DNA of 64,000 nt. It comes from Octopus sinensis. Taxonomy: Eukaryota. Under the pieces are notes generated by a model. That model did not search any database. It had not been told where the DNA came from and saw only the letters and a list, made by a program, of their open reading frames with translations. Positions 63,817 to 64,000 of the stretch are shown here, piece after piece. Both the position numbers and the translations under genes were made by a program. The number at the start of each line of letters is the position of its first letter. Position 1 is the stretch's first letter. Where the stretch lies: positions 126,914,001 through 126,978,000 of the forward strand of contig NC_042998.1 of assembly GCF_006345805.1 (NCBI RefSeq), given 5' to 3'.

Positions 63817-64000
63817 CATTTTCAACATATCGATAACACTGTTTGTGTACTTATATATGGATTACTTATTTTCCTATTGTTCAATTTAAGTTTTTTTTAT
63901 TATGTGTCGGTAAAAATTTTTTTAAAGTATTTAAATTCCTTTTGAGGTTCTTGTAAAGTCATTAGGCTAGCAATAATGGCATTAGTTGCATGATCGTTTG

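Overview
AT-rich, microsatellite-dense animal genomic DNA, most probably an octopod cephalopod (inferred from SINE and LINE families I recognise from memory, not from a search). I find no supportable host protein-coding gene; nearly all listed ORFs are microsatellite read-throughs or transposon debris. The window holds at least six pieces of R4/Dong-clade non-LTR retrotransposons (RT + CCHC + restriction-like endonuclease), several sitting in (AAT)n tracts. One is a stop-free 283-codon N-terminus running off the left edge. There are also mariner elements and MITEs, about 30 tRNA-derived SINE copies, and old L1/Tx1, CR1/L2, Gypsy and possibly hAT and Helitron-type remnants. The most striking signal is a set of minimal type I hammerhead ribozyme (HHR) motifs in at least three distinct short non-coding elements, always in inverted or tandem pairs. 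(1) An apparently intact HHR lies in a 317-bp-arm inverted repeat at 55 kb. (2) A tRNA-headed (A/B box) HHR element forms a head-to-head dimer bounded by a 14-bp direct repeat and later invaded by a 3.1-kb Dong (38.6-42.4 kb). (3) A decayed tandem pair lies at 13.5-14.0 kb. All alignments and translations were done by eye; coordinates of degenerate elements are approximate.
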